Below, in pieces: positions 25,801 to 38,605 of a DNA stretch of 64,000 nucleotides. Where the stretch lies: contig CM074804.1 in NCBI GenBank assembly GCA_037447605.1, forward strand, positions 992,001-1,056,000. Direction: 5' to 3'. How positions within the stretch are numbered: the first letter of the stretch is position 1; every line of letters begins with the position of its first letter. This stretch comes from Zygnema circumcarinatum SAG 698-1b (Eukaryota; Plantae; Zygnematophyceae). Both the position numbers and the translations under genes were made by a program. The notes beneath the pieces were generated by a model. It saw only the letters and a program-made list of their open reading frames with translations. It did not search any database and was not told the origin of the DNA.

Positions 25801-28800
25801 TTTGACTATGTTCTGAGATCCCGCCCTCAGCTCGGTTTCCATGTTTCTCTGGTGAAAGGAATACATCACACATCCTACCGAGATTTTTTTCAGTTTGCTA
25901 CTGACTACTCGTCTATGATGCAGCAAAGGCGGTGCACAAAGCTGCGATTAGCGGGGTCCCTTTTCCTCTGAAAAAGCGAGACGATATGATCGGCTACATG
26001 CTCATGTATATGGCAGACACGGGATACAGCTTGGGGCCACCGGATCAGGACCTTCTCAAAACACAGGTAATGTGCCCCTCCTTTAATCTCCCTTGGGCAT
26101 ATAAGTAAATGTACTATATTACTATATTCAATCCTGACTAACTGGCTAAAGGTTGCGAGTAGGTAAGATTGGATGCCTCACATATCAAGCAACGAGTCTC
26201 ATTTTCTTGAGGTGTTTCCTTATGCATAGCATTGTAAAGAAGGACCTATACATGATGTGGATGTAGCTGGTAGGGTGCTTTACCTTTTCTATAATTTCCA
26301 TTCAATAGTTTGCATTACTTCTGCAGGCAGGAACCCTCCTTTATAATATTGCATGCTAGGTGGGGGCTCTACACTCATTAAGTTCTTTTTCTGATTAAGC
26401 TGATTGAAAGTTTGCTGCCATATCAGCCACAGTTTTATTTGTAGCGTGTTTGTTCGATGGAATAATGGATCTTAGCTGTATATGGTCTGTAGATGTTATT
26501 TCACTCGTTTTCTCCCTTTTTTTGTAGGCTATGGCGCTGAAGGCTATCAGTGTTCTTGTCGTTGTTGAGCCGAAACTTGGCATTGTCATGCGCGATCGCA
26601 TCATTCAGGTAATGCGACAAGAGCCACTTTTTATCAAATGTCTCAATATTACAATGGAATCAAAGTTTTTATAGTTGATAACCTTAGGCTTAGGTTTTTT
26701 TTGTTTTTTTAGTTTTAAACATGGATCATATCTTTGGTGCTTCTAATAATGATGGATAATGATGGTAATGTCCTGTCATCTTTCCACAAACTCTTTCAGG
26801 CAGCAGGCCCATTTTTTGCCCTGCCTACTGAGCCATCCGACGGAGTACAGCCGATAATTGCAAATGTCACATCCGTCCTTTGCGCGCTTCTTCATACAAG
26901 GTATCGCAGTTGAGATTAATATTCTCACCTTGTTTATGCTAGGACCAACACTATACATTGCCTCTTTAAAAGGTCCAATAGGTGTTAATAGTCTGCATCC
27001 TGTGAAGTCTTTGTGCATGCAGACTTGTCAGTCTTACAAAAAAGTAATTTGAGATTTTTAGGCTCCATTTCTGCTTCCCCCCTTTTGTTGAGTAACCAGC
27101 TGTTTGAACTCACTCGCTTTGAACACTTTCCAGTTGAGTCCAGATTGTTGATTCAGGAAAGAAGTGTATCCATTTCCAAATTGATTTCCATTAGAGTAGT
27201 ACCTTCCACTGCCATTTTCTGCAAAATTGTCAGACCCGCCTTACTTGTTCTTTTTTTTCCCTGCTTCTTGCATCTCCTTGTTTGCATGGTGGTGAATGTG
27301 AGCTTCAGAATTCAGAGTAGAACATCCACAGTTGTCAAAAAACAGGGGATATCGTTTAAACCAGAAAAGACCTTCTCTTTCTTTTCCCTTTTTTTTTTTT
27401 TTTTTCTTGTCTTTGTCCTGTTCTCTCAAACTACCCTGTCCTTTGTTGGCTTTTTTCCTTTTCCATCCTTAGCCTGGAAGATGGGCATGTAACTCCTGAT
27501 CTACTCCTTCTCCTACTCCGCCAATTGGAGCCGTACGCCTCCTCCTTCCTCTCCCTCCGCCGAAGCAGAGCATGCAGCAGCTCTCTCGCTCTCCTCTGCC
27601 AGTTTCGTTTCATTTGCAAACAGGGCCAAAGTTCGCACCTTTGTGAAGCTCTGGCCCACCTGCATTGGGACTATACCAACATTCCCAGTCAGATGGAAAT
27701 TGCAGGTTTTTTCCTGAGCAGACCTTTCAGACTTTCGGTCTCCCTTTTTGCTCCTCCCCACTCTGCAATGTTGCTTTGAGTCATTTTTTTGACATTTCTC
27801 GAAGTAGGGTTTGTTTTAGTGATGTGGATGGAACGTTCGCTACGTGTTCTGTTGCATAGGTCTTGTTGGCTAAGAAATGTATGCCAGATGAGTACAGACG
27901 CCCTTTAGTCAATCCATCAAGTTTAGGTCAGAATTTTAATGCTTAAAAAATGACTTGGCTAGTGAAACTTGGAGGGTTCCATTCGGCTTTTTTTCTGTCA
28001 GCTTACACGCATACATGTCTTGCCATCATCATCTGTAAAACAGATGGATGCTGACAATGAGATTATTGTGGCTTTCCTTTAATTGCAGAGCCCCCATTGT
28101 TGCCTTCGAGGGCAGAATTGAAGCTGGGACAGCAGCTTGTCGTGTATATATCGCGTTGTGCTGATTCTTTGGGGGCTGTCCGATTGGCAGCCGTACGAGT
28201 GAGTGCTACATTGCACAGTCGTCTGCAGTCATTGTTAAATTGTTCCCAAGTGTATGTGTGACTGCTTAATGAGTGTGATGATTTGGATCTTGGAGGTTTA
28301 TCGTTTTTGGCCTCTCATTTTGTCTTTAGACTCTTCACAGTCTTGCAGAAAGATCAGACCTTCTGTTTCTGTCGAGTTCGATGTGGCTCGACTTCATCTT
28401 TCATTTGATTGCATGGAGAGTTGCTCATTCGAGTGATAAGTGATAATCGTTTCCCTTGTTATTTGAATGGCTATTGATGATCGCCTTTGTGACCCTAAAT
28501 TTTGAAGATATGAATGGAAAGAAATAAGAAACAGTTACATCATCGCTTCTCCGTCCCTGTGCATCTGTCAAAATAGTCAGGTTTGCCCTCTGCACACTTC
28601 TTTCCACAGGTTTTCCCTCCCCTCCCTCTCTCTCTCTCTTCCTCTCCCTCTACTGTTGGTGGTGCAATTTTTGACGAAGTTGCCACTCTGCTCTGTCTTT
28701 TGCTTGATGTTCTAATGCAGGCATTGTACCTACTTTTTAGCATAGCATTATTACTACCATCTGGGCCGGCAGCTGAAGTTGAAAAAGAAGCAGCACATGC

Positions 28801-31800
28801 AGCCCTTGCTGCCCTAGAAGGCCTTATTCTGCTGCTTGCGCAGGTAATCGTACTTACCTGCTACCAATGGATATTAGGCTTTAATGGTATCATACTCTAA
28901 TCAAATACTGATGTAGGTCCGGTTGTCTAGGAACTCGTTAAGAATGTTGGAAATTTCTATTCCAAAAGTGCGTGGCCTTGTGATTGCGATGGTGGGGTTC
29001 TCTGCTGTACAGGCGGAAGCATCGGATGATTCTGCCGACAATTTTAAGAAGATTGTTTCAGCTGTCGGTGTGCTGCTCACTCCAAATGAAGTACATATCG
29101 CTTGCCTTTTCCTGCATTCCTATGGCCCATTTCCAGGATACCATGTTCTCCATGATTTCCGCCACCCCCTTTAAAATGTAGACAAAAATTTATTAAAAAA
29201 AAAAAATTTTGAGGCAGACTTGGTGTGAATGCATCGCGGTCACATAGTTCAGGTTCCCATGAGTGATCTTCATGGAAAATCTCACTGACTACAAGATACG
29301 AAAGTCTTGGAGGTAGCTTATGTGCAGGCTTACAATCATCATTCCTTCTTTCCTTCTTGTAATGAGAAGGCCTACCCATGATTTGGATGGCAGCAAAATA
29401 GAAGCCTACCTATATTTATCTCACGCCTTTGTGATTTAGAAGGAAATAGCATTTCTGCCAGCCTTCTTTCTTGGCTGCATAAGGCTATCGGCTAATCTCT
29501 ATGTTGCCCTTTGGCTGTTTTCCTAAAAAATGTTTGTTGGTGTTCTGTGCAGCTTATAAGTTTCCTCCTCAATGTGAACACCGCTTTCACAGATAGGACT
29601 CTTTCTGCCGCACAGGGGGCCCTTTCAGCAGCCTTGCAACTTATCCTTCTGCGAGGCCACGAACTAAATGGTCCATCCCTCCCCAGGTAAGCATGGAAAT
29701 CCTTGTCTTTAGAGACTTAGAAGCAAATTCATGCTTAGTAACACGAAGATAAGAGGTAAAAGCCACTAAGATTTTAGGGAAAAACAACCTTCGTTTGAAA
29801 ATTGCTATTCATTTCCTAGTTGGTGTGTGCTCGTGCCTATGTGTTGCAGAAATGAAGAGCTATTGAAGTGTATTTATAACTCTGGGTGCTTGTTTCTCTA
29901 AATCTCTCCGGTTGTTCAATTTATCTCAAATCCCTTTTTTTGGGCATGAGATCTGGAATCTTTTCTCATGTGCAGTCATTGCAGGCGTGTGGTCTAATGT
30001 AGATGTTGTAATGGTCTTTCTCATGTCAATCATCTCAAACTTTGAAAGCCATTTGCTGAGGAGAGTGAAAACCTGTGTAGTTTTTGAGTGTTTGCCTCTG
30101 TTGCGTTGTGGGATCAGAATAACAGAAAACTTTATTTCTGCGGCTTCCATGATCTATGATCAAAGCCTTAAGCAATCAGTGATGACAACGGTACATTCTG
30201 CACCTTCACCTTTGTATATTTGGGTGTTATTGGAAAAGGTTCTTACTGGGATTGTTCGAATACTTATTGTATCCAAAGAATCCATGCCCGTGATTTGCAG
30301 GTGTGTGCTTTAGCAGAGCATGCTCAAGCCGGTGTTGTTTTCAATGAGCTTTTGGCGGCCCTTGAAAAAGACGCCGGTTTAGGAGCCCGCTCCCTCGGAG
30401 CTCGCAGAAGGGAACCCTGGCCCATACATGCTGTTCTACAGGTGGGTTCATGCCGAACTTTCCTTTTTTCTATATGGGGCGGACCCTTTTCTACGGCTTC
30501 CGAATCCTTTTGCATCAGCCCAAGATGCAAATATTCGTTCGGAAGATCACAGAACCTTGTTGTCTAGGTGTTCTATATAAGCAGCAGTGTGACTAGGAAA
30601 ACTTTTCTTGGATTCCGGAGATGCAGATGGTGGCAAATAGCCCGGTATTGGGCCGTCCTTTACTGGACCATTTAGTGGATGTGGTCGAGAAGGCCCCTCT
30701 CTTTTTGGACCTCTCTCAGGACGACGGAGAGCGGCCATGGACTCCTTCAAAAAGCCTTCTGCTAAGCCCTCTCCCGCAAGCAGCCGTGCTTGCGCTTGCA
30801 ATTGTCTTTCAGTATGTTTTCAAGAAACCCACCTGAAAAGATGAAATAAATATCCTTTACGATGAATATATATATGTGGCCCTCAATCCCGAGAATCACC
30901 TTCAGCCTTGAGGACAATATCTGTGTGGGATGATCAGTGGGTTTGGCATTCGTGCCAGAATATCCTGCTCTACAAGATTGTGTCGAGAGAGATTGAGAGA
31001 GATTGTGCAAAAAAAAAAAAAAAAATGTTTAAAGGTCATACTTGTATGGCAGTGTGTTGGGAAAATGGTTGTGTGCTTGGTTGAAGCTCATCGTTTTGCT
31101 CCCTGTTGAGCAGGTGTAATACTGAAAGCATTCGTCAAAATGTGGATTCTCGATATTCCGGCCTCTTCTGCACCCTCCTCCTCCGTACTGGGAACGTTCG
31201 AAGTAGTGTTGATTTGGACTTGCAGCAAATCAGGTAAGCCTACACTTAACATGAGCCAAAGGTTGGCTCGAATCTCAGCCACTGCATTGATCAACATCTT
31301 GACAGGCCAAGAGTGCTCCCTCCTAGAGAAAGGACTTTTCGACTTGCTTGGAGAATCGTACGAATCTGGAACATGCTTTGCAGTATTGTGGCTAAGTCAG
31401 GTATTTTGTACACTTCGTGCATCCTAAGTCAAACTATCATGTTGCGTGGTTTATCACTTTGCTATTGCTCACTCTATTGCTTTGTTGGCTTTTCTTTTGA
31501 TATAGAACCAGTGTCTGATATTGTGGCCTGATAATCAAGCAACTGTGAAATGCAGGGATTTCGTAAGCGCATTGCAGGCTTTCTGTGACTGCACAGGAGA
31601 CTCTGCTATGAAGGAGGTAAGTACTTTCTGAATAGCAGTCTCACCTATTTTAATATCAAATGCATCTTCATAATTGTGATTTGCAGCCGCGCAGGTAACC
31701 TTTCCTCTCAAAATAGTAGGGCTGCTTGTTTGCGAGCCTGTATGAACCGACAACACTATGGATAGGAGATTATACACTACTTCGAAACATTTCTCGTACT

Positions 31801-33645
31801 TTGTCATGCTAGGTCTCAGAACTCCTGTATGGGCTTGTTTCAGGACAAATATTGAGGGGCTTATCCCCTCCTTATTCAAGAATAGGGCCATCAAACTAGC
31901 GTTGGACCTATTTAGTAAATCATTAAAGGGTATGAATCGGAGTGCAGATTACAAATCAATATGCCGATACCCTCGCTGAAGGAGAGAATTGGATCCGACT
32001 TGTTGAGGAACTTGCAACATGTCAGGCAAAAGAATTGCCTGGACAGGTAATGGTCTCTGCTTGTCATTCGTCTGTAGAGAGGAAGAGAGTGAGAGAGAGG
32101 GTGGAAGGAGAAGCAGAAAAGTGAAGGACGGAATGTCTCAATGGAAGTAGGAAACTCCATCAAAGTGCACATTGCACAGTTTTTTTGGAATGCAAATCTT
32201 CCAGTGAATTGCTTGTCGTAAAAACACATGAAATTGATTGGCTGCAACGGTTTCTATGTTATGGAGCAGATAGATGCTGTTTGCAAGCGTCTCTTTCCCG
32301 CTTTAAAAAGCCTTCACGAAAGTGAGAGGGCTGCTGCCGCGGCCGCCTTTTCTAAGTACTTGCAGCAAAGGTACTGCCCATGACACTCGCCTCTGTATGT
32401 CTACGCTCTTGCACTGGAGCGAGAGAGAGAGGGAGAGAGAGAGAGAGAGAGAGAGAAATAGAGATAAAGAGAGCGATGTCAAGAAGGGAGATGCTCAGCA
32501 TCTGATGTACCCTTTTCTAAGTTTCTTCCCTGGTCGATTTGGAAGGTTCTGAAGTTCCTTAGCAGGGTGGGAGTGCTACTTTCTTCAACATTTATGAGAT
32601 GCTCTTGCGAGTGTGTGCAGCGATAATGAAGGGCTTTTGGAGCATCTCGTGGAGGCACTCTGCTCTCTCACCAGTGATGGCTCGCCACTTGTTCGCAGGC
32701 TCTGCATAAACGGCCTAGTGAAGGTCTACCCGACTTTTCCATTGCAGAATGTGGATTAATCTTTTCTTGCTTTATGCAGATTTCTATCGGTATTATTTAG
32801 GATGTCAATTTTGTCCTGCGATTCGCTTGAAAAATGAGACTAAAAGACTATAGCACGAAAGAGCCTTGCAAGGTTTTTGTTTGATCTTTGTGTCCATGTG
32901 AGATCCCTATAACTGCAGTTGGCCGTGATCTCTTTTTCAGATGTCCAGGGAAACGCTCGCTCAGCAGGTGACACGTGTGCTCTCAGTCACAGCCGCACTC
33001 ATCGACGATAAGGACGAGCATGTCGTGCTTTCCGCAGTTCAAGGCTTGCCTATTGTACGTGTGTTCCCCCATTTGGTAGTTTTTTCCTTTGGAAGGGAGA
33101 TGACAAAGATGGGGGAGATTTGCCGGACGGTAGACTACTTTTATGTTCCCTTGTTTTCTCGTTGTGGGGGGAAAGAGCTGGCATTCTTTTGGGGGGGAAG
33201 TTGAGGGAGAACTGTTCTGCCACTTACTGTTAGATGTTGGGTTGCAGGTGTTGGAGATGACACCGGAAAGTTTAGTCACACCACTTCTGCTCAGCGTTTG
33301 TGCTCGACTTTTTGTTTTACAGGTGCTACTTCTACCACTTGAAAACCTGGAAATATGATAGGGTTATATTTGAACAGCCCTGAATCTGTAAGAAATCCTG
33401 TCATAGGTTTTGATCTCGACACTACTTCCGTTCCCTCGCACCGATTTTTGCGTAGGTGATTTGTGCAACCTATAACGCTTTTCCTTTCTTTTGTGTATCA
33501 AGAGCAGAAGTCTGCCAGCGATGGAATGCGAGCAGCCGCTTTCATCGGGTTTGGAGCAATAAGCCGCTTCACTGATGTCGATCTCCAGACAATCATGCTG
33601 GAGCAGGTGAGCCATATTATTTCCGTGTGTGTTGTGTGTGAGAGT

Positions 33646-33732
<87 letters not shown>

Positions 33733-35964
33733 TGGGGGGGCGGAGGGGATTTGGAGAAAGAAAGGAGAGGGAGAGGGGAAAGAGGGGAAGGGGGGGGGGG
33801 GGTGGGGGGTTAAGGTGGTTGTTGATGCAGGGAAGATACGAGAGGTTGATGATGACATGTCAGGTGCATGTGTGTTATTGCCTGAAGAACGTTATCGGCT
33901 GCTTCGAATGACCAACTTACATCCTAATTAACCAGTTTAATATCATCGCATAAGAAATTTTGGGGCTCTGCAGATCCATTCGGTTCTTCCTCGGCTCTTG
34001 TTCCATGTGAATGATGATTCTGCTCAAGTGAGAGCTGCCTGTAAGGTGTGGAATTGGAATTGGACCCTGATGTTGAGGACTGCTTGAGGGAGCTTGCGTT
34101 AGTTTATTGCATTTTTTCTTCTTTGAACTTCTCCCTCTCACAATCAATTTTTTGTAGCTTTTGAGAATAGCAAAAGGGAGCGCATAATAGAAAAAGAAAT
34201 CGACTGTGAGAGGGAGGAGTTTAAAGAGGAAAGTGACCATACCTGTGACCTGGAGATTAATTGCATATACTCACTAAGTTGCAACGGCACACGCATGTCT
34301 TAACTTGTGATGCGTATGATGCGAGCCAGAGAGAGACAAAGAGCGAGAGAGAGAGAGAGAGAGAGGTGCGGATTGAACGTTGAGATGTGGGAATGCAGAA
34401 TTTCCAAAACGAAAGAAATGAAGTGCAGACAAAGAGAAAAGAAGAGATGTGGGTTGAAAGTACTGGTGAAATGCGATGAAGACACCAAACTCTAATCTCG
34501 AAACCTGAAACCCTAAACCTTATCATTGCTTATCATTGCTGCTCGCCTGCTTCCCTGCAGGGCACTCTTCGCAAGTTGGCACCTCAGCTTCACTCAGAGG
34601 CTCTGGAAGGACTGCTTGAACATCGAGCATTTCACACAGATCGGAGGTGCTGACTACGGCAGATAATGTCTTGAAATCAAAAAGTCTTTGAGGAAATGTG
34701 CAGGAAATGTCAACTCGCGTTTGTCTTACTTAGTCTGGTGTATATGTTTTGCTTGTAAGAGAAAAGGTTTGCCAAATTGCGGTCTGGACTGCACAAATGT
34801 CAACTGATGTTGCATGCTTTTGTTTGAGCTGCATAAGAGACATATATCGTTGGAGCACCTGTTTTAGCCTTCATAGTATGTCGAACTTGTTTGGATATTG
34901 CTTAACTGTGGCAAAAGGTGTGACCTGGTTTTGCAGGCTGAAATATAATGAGTTTGTAAGGGATTTTGTCTGCCATCTTGCGGCTCAGTTCGAGAAACAG
35001 ACAGGAGTGTACTTGAGCTCAGCTTTAGAGGTGGGATTCCATGTGAAATTATCGTTGGTCGCTTCTTTTGTGTATCGTTTGGGTTTTTAGAGTACATGGA
35101 GGCAATGGAAAGCAAAGCTTTGTTCACCGGTGTAGACGCTGCTTGGCACTGACAAATGATGTTTATTGAAATGAATCGCAGAGTTTAGAGAGTCCATGGC
35201 CCGCCATTCAAGCAAATGCAGCTTTCTTCATTGGCTGCTTCCTTTCTCGCGTGGAGGACGCCGACTTTTTGCAGCAATACATTCCCCAGGTACCCTATGC
35301 AGAAGCTTCAAGCCCTTTTTGTTAGATGTGCAACAGCAAAGCTTGAAATGGACGAGCTTCCTTTATTGCATGGGGGCGGGAGGGAGAGGGAGGAAGAAGG
35401 GGAATGGGAGAGTTCAAAAGAGGCGAGATACCCTACTTCCTCGCTTTTCCCTCCCACTCCTCTCTCTTTCTTTGTTTTTCTCCTTCCCCTTTTATCGCCC
35501 AAAGTCTATAGTATTGTGTACGTTTTATGATCGTGTGTGCTTCCCTCTCTTTCCCCTACCTATCCCCTCGCCCTCCCTCCCTCTCTCCCTCCCTTCCTTC
35601 CCTCCCCTCCCCTCCCCTCCCCTCCCCTGCCCCTCCCCCTCCCCCCTCCCTCCTCCCCCCTCCCCCTCCCCGCCCTCTACCCCTTCCTCCTCCCTTCNNN
35701 NNNNNNNCCCGCCCTCTACCCCTTCCTCCTCCCTTCTCGCCGCACTTCCGCCCTCCCTTCTCGCCCCACCCCCTCCCTCCCTTTTCCCTTTCCAAACCCT
35801 CTCCCATACCTCCCTTTCTTTCGTCATTGTTGCCTCCCCCACCATCACAGGCAAGCTTCCTCCTGGTCAGAATGGCGACCACCTCTACAAGTGCGGTGGT
35901 GCGGACCAATGCAGCGTCGGCTCTGAGCATGCTTTTGGGGAACATCCCCCCCGCACTCTCTTAG
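13810..35964 (+). CDS. SGR6: Large HEAT-repeat protein of the SHOOT GRAVITROPISM 6 / Maestro-like (MROH1) family, ~50 coding exons; true start codon not located (upstream of 13810)
   Basis: About 50 GT-AG exons traced in phase, e.g. [26 protein letters not shown] (13810), [16 protein letters not shown] (~16170), GPPLVDFQ (~18200), [18 protein letters not shown] (~21910), [26 protein letters not shown] (~25400), [11 protein letters not shown] (~31570), [15 protein letters not shown] (~35190), [13 protein letters not shown] with stop at 35962-35964. These are colinear with remembered Arabidopsis SGR6 segments. Confidence 0.9.
33651..33728. repeat. (AG)n microsatellite, ~39 units, intronic
   Basis: Read directly. 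Shorter imperfect GA tracts occur at ~32420-32462 and ~34328-34362. Confidence 0.97.
35560..35790. repeat. C/T low-complexity tract containing a 10-N assembly gap (35698-35707)
   Basis: CCCT/CCTC runs. The same ~29-mer CCCGCCCTCTACCCCTTCCTCCTCCCTTC flanks both sides of the Ns. Confidence 0.95.
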
Positions 35965-37118
35965 AGCATAGAAGCACAGGGATCTTGCTCATGCTGGGGT
36001 AGTTGCATACTTCTCGCTGTAAGATAGCTGCCAGGCGCACATCATGCATGTAAAAAGTAGCGGTGGTCGGGAGGGAAATGAAATCATGCACTCGCCGAGG
36101 GGCCGCATTTGGAGTATTGCCGTGAGGATAGCAAAAGCAGAAAAGCAGCAGCTGTGGAAGGTGACGCAGCATGTGCATTGTTGCAGCGGGAGGGGCATAC
36201 CCATGGTTCCGATGTTCCATGTGTTGCCCACTGAAAGGGTGGGCTTCACGTTGTTTTCACCTTTCCGTCTACTTATGTTTCTGTTCTGCTTTTGTTTTAA
36301 TTGGCCCGACTGGTTGCTGCTCTGGAGGCTCTGCCATGTTAAGGGATGCTATGTGACATTGGGAGGAGTGGCGTTGGATGTTGCTACTGGCACACACCAA
36401 CAGCATAGGGGGTTGCTGAGACTGGTAGTGAGAGCTGGGCTTGACTATTATGCTGTACCTCCTTGTTTATTCTTAATGGAGTTTTAAGCCCTTGGGGCTT
36501 TCTCCATTTTTATTCCGCATTTTGTGTGTATTTCTTTGTGCTTTTATGTCTTTGCATGTTTTCTTTGGAGTCAATTTGAATGCAATCTGCCCATAGTCAT
36601 GCTCTGAGAGATAAGGCATTAGAGGAGCACTAGCAGTGGATTAGAGCTTATACACTAACAGACTCTGCTCAACTTTATAGGAACGGCAGGGACCGGCAGA
36701 TTCGGTATGAACTGTTGTTTTTCCAAGGCAAGAAAGACTGGGGTGACGAGACTCGAGAGGGTGGCCCAAAAATCCAAAGGAAACATCAAAGCGTCGCCAA
36801 ACCCAAAGGAAAAAAATCCGAATACTGGCCAAAGCAGTCTGAAGATACCTGAAGTAGCCAAGAAAAACGACCGTAACCATCCTAACCTAGGCCAAACAAA
36901 GCGCTAAAATGTAGAACCTGTTACTGAAACATCCAAATGATATCGCCATCTGCAACAAAAAAACTTGCCCGCATTGAGAAGGGATCCATTCATCATGAAT
37001 CTGCCTCACTTCTGCAGTCCCAACGTAAGCTTTTGAACCGAGTCTCGAAACATCGCCATTGCTAACAGAAATTGAAAGCAAGCGTGCGGCCTCCTTCAAT
37101 AGAACTATCCATGGAACT

Positions 37119-38605
37119 CTAGTGGCCGGAAATCACCTGTAATGAATCCAACGAACACCAAAGCATCATGCTTGGGTGAGTTAGGCAAGATACTAGACCC
37201 AAGTGAAGAAAAAAAAAATTCCTTAAGTTAGGCAAGTACACGCACAGTGATAATCTTCGAAATCATAAGAAAAAGCAACAAAAGCGTTCAAATATGTCTA
37301 CTTCCTTCTTCAAAAAAGTAGATACACGTTCTAAAGGTGGGAATCCCTTACTTGGCGTATAAAGGTGAAGCGAACCCTTGGAAAGAGCTTCTGTAATTCT
37401 TCAATCTTCTTCACGAGGGCATCATCGCCGTAGACCCCCTGTGTCTCCTCGAAAAGCTCCTCGCGTAATTCGAAGCTGATATGTTGGAGCTCCGGGCTGA
37501 CTTTCAGCCATTCACGTGACATCTGTATGTCGATACTCTCCGCAACTATTGAAAGCGTAAGTTCAACAAGGCGAGGGAAAGACAAAGTATTCTTCAAAGC
37601 CTTACAAATGTTCGCCCAAGGTAGGCACTCCAACATGATCACATGCACCTTTTCCAGAGTTTTCATGCTCCTCAAAAGAAACCTTGAAATAAGATTCTCA
37701 TCAAATAAGGCAAATTCGAATATGGAATTGTGGAGGTTGAACGTATCCATTTCAAATTTGAGGTCACGTATCTCTGCGAGTAGACGAATCTCATCCAGGC
37801 GACCGTTGTTTCCCAATACCAACTCGCCTACACTTCCTCGAAGATTGAGAATTCTCAACCGAGGACATGTAATTCCCAAATGATATAAACTTCCAAAAAC
37901 AACTAACTCTTCCAAGATAGCGTGTTCGACCACATATGTAGACCATCCTGGGACCATCTCATTATCGTCGATCAAGCGCAAAAACGTGAGATTGGGAAAC
38001 AAGCAAAGAAAGCACGCAAAAACTCCATCGCCCCTTTGCTTTTTCACATCGACATGAAGCGTCTTCACACTTTCAAAAACTCTGCAACCGGCTATATCCG
38101 AATCAAGTTCAACCGTGGCCATTAGGCTTTCAAGAAGAGGTAAGTTGGCAAGCGCTTGGAAATGCTTCCAATTGAGACCTTCGTGTGTCTGGATAGACAA
38201 ATCTCGAAGAGTAGTCCCAATGACAGTCGACCAAGACGATATCATCGAAGGGACAACGTGAAAACGAGGCTCGTTACAGTCAGAGCAATCGTCGCGATTA
38301 AAAACAGTAAGGGACTCCACCTTAGGCGTTATACGCACGAGTTTTCCAATTTCAAGCATTTGAGCTTCCTCTCCATGGACCTTTTCTATGATGGTAGTCA
38401 CCGTTCTGCCTCCAATAATTGCTTCCGTGAATGCCTGCACCGCTTCTTGAAAGGCCTTGCAAACAGTTGACAGCTGCAAAGCGCTCTTCATAAAATCACG
38501 GCGGATGACAGCCCCGAGGAGAATCTGCACCAAGAGGAACATCGGAAGGCCCAGGATTGAGCCGCCATCGCAAGTGTCACTTTCTCGTTGGCTACTCGAG
38601 TCCAT
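37119..38605 (-). CDS. F-box/LRR-repeat (FBD/RNI-like) protein; large exon 38605-37352 plus a probable terminal exon 37136-37119 (VISGH*)
   Basis: N-terminal F-box-like ILGLPMFLLVQILLGAV...LQLSTVCKAF is followed by degenerate LRRs (LPLLESL, FPNLTFLRL, CPRLRILNL, FPRLVELTL). The ATG at 38605 follows a T-rich leader. CAA|GTAAGG donor at 37351; ACAG acceptor at 37137. Confidence 0.75.

Noticed and set aside
33364-33931. ORFs with (ER)n/(SL)n runs, also at 44181-44937
   Set aside because: These are translations of intronic GA microsatellites.
34490-34520. Telomere-like AAACCCT/AAACCT units (similar TAGGGT units at ~39195-39220)
   Set aside because: Only 2-3 degenerate units; at most telo-boxes, not an interstitial telomeric array.
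35669-35736. Direct repeat flanking the N run
   Set aside because: Most likely a scaffolding overlap artefact in low-complexity DNA.
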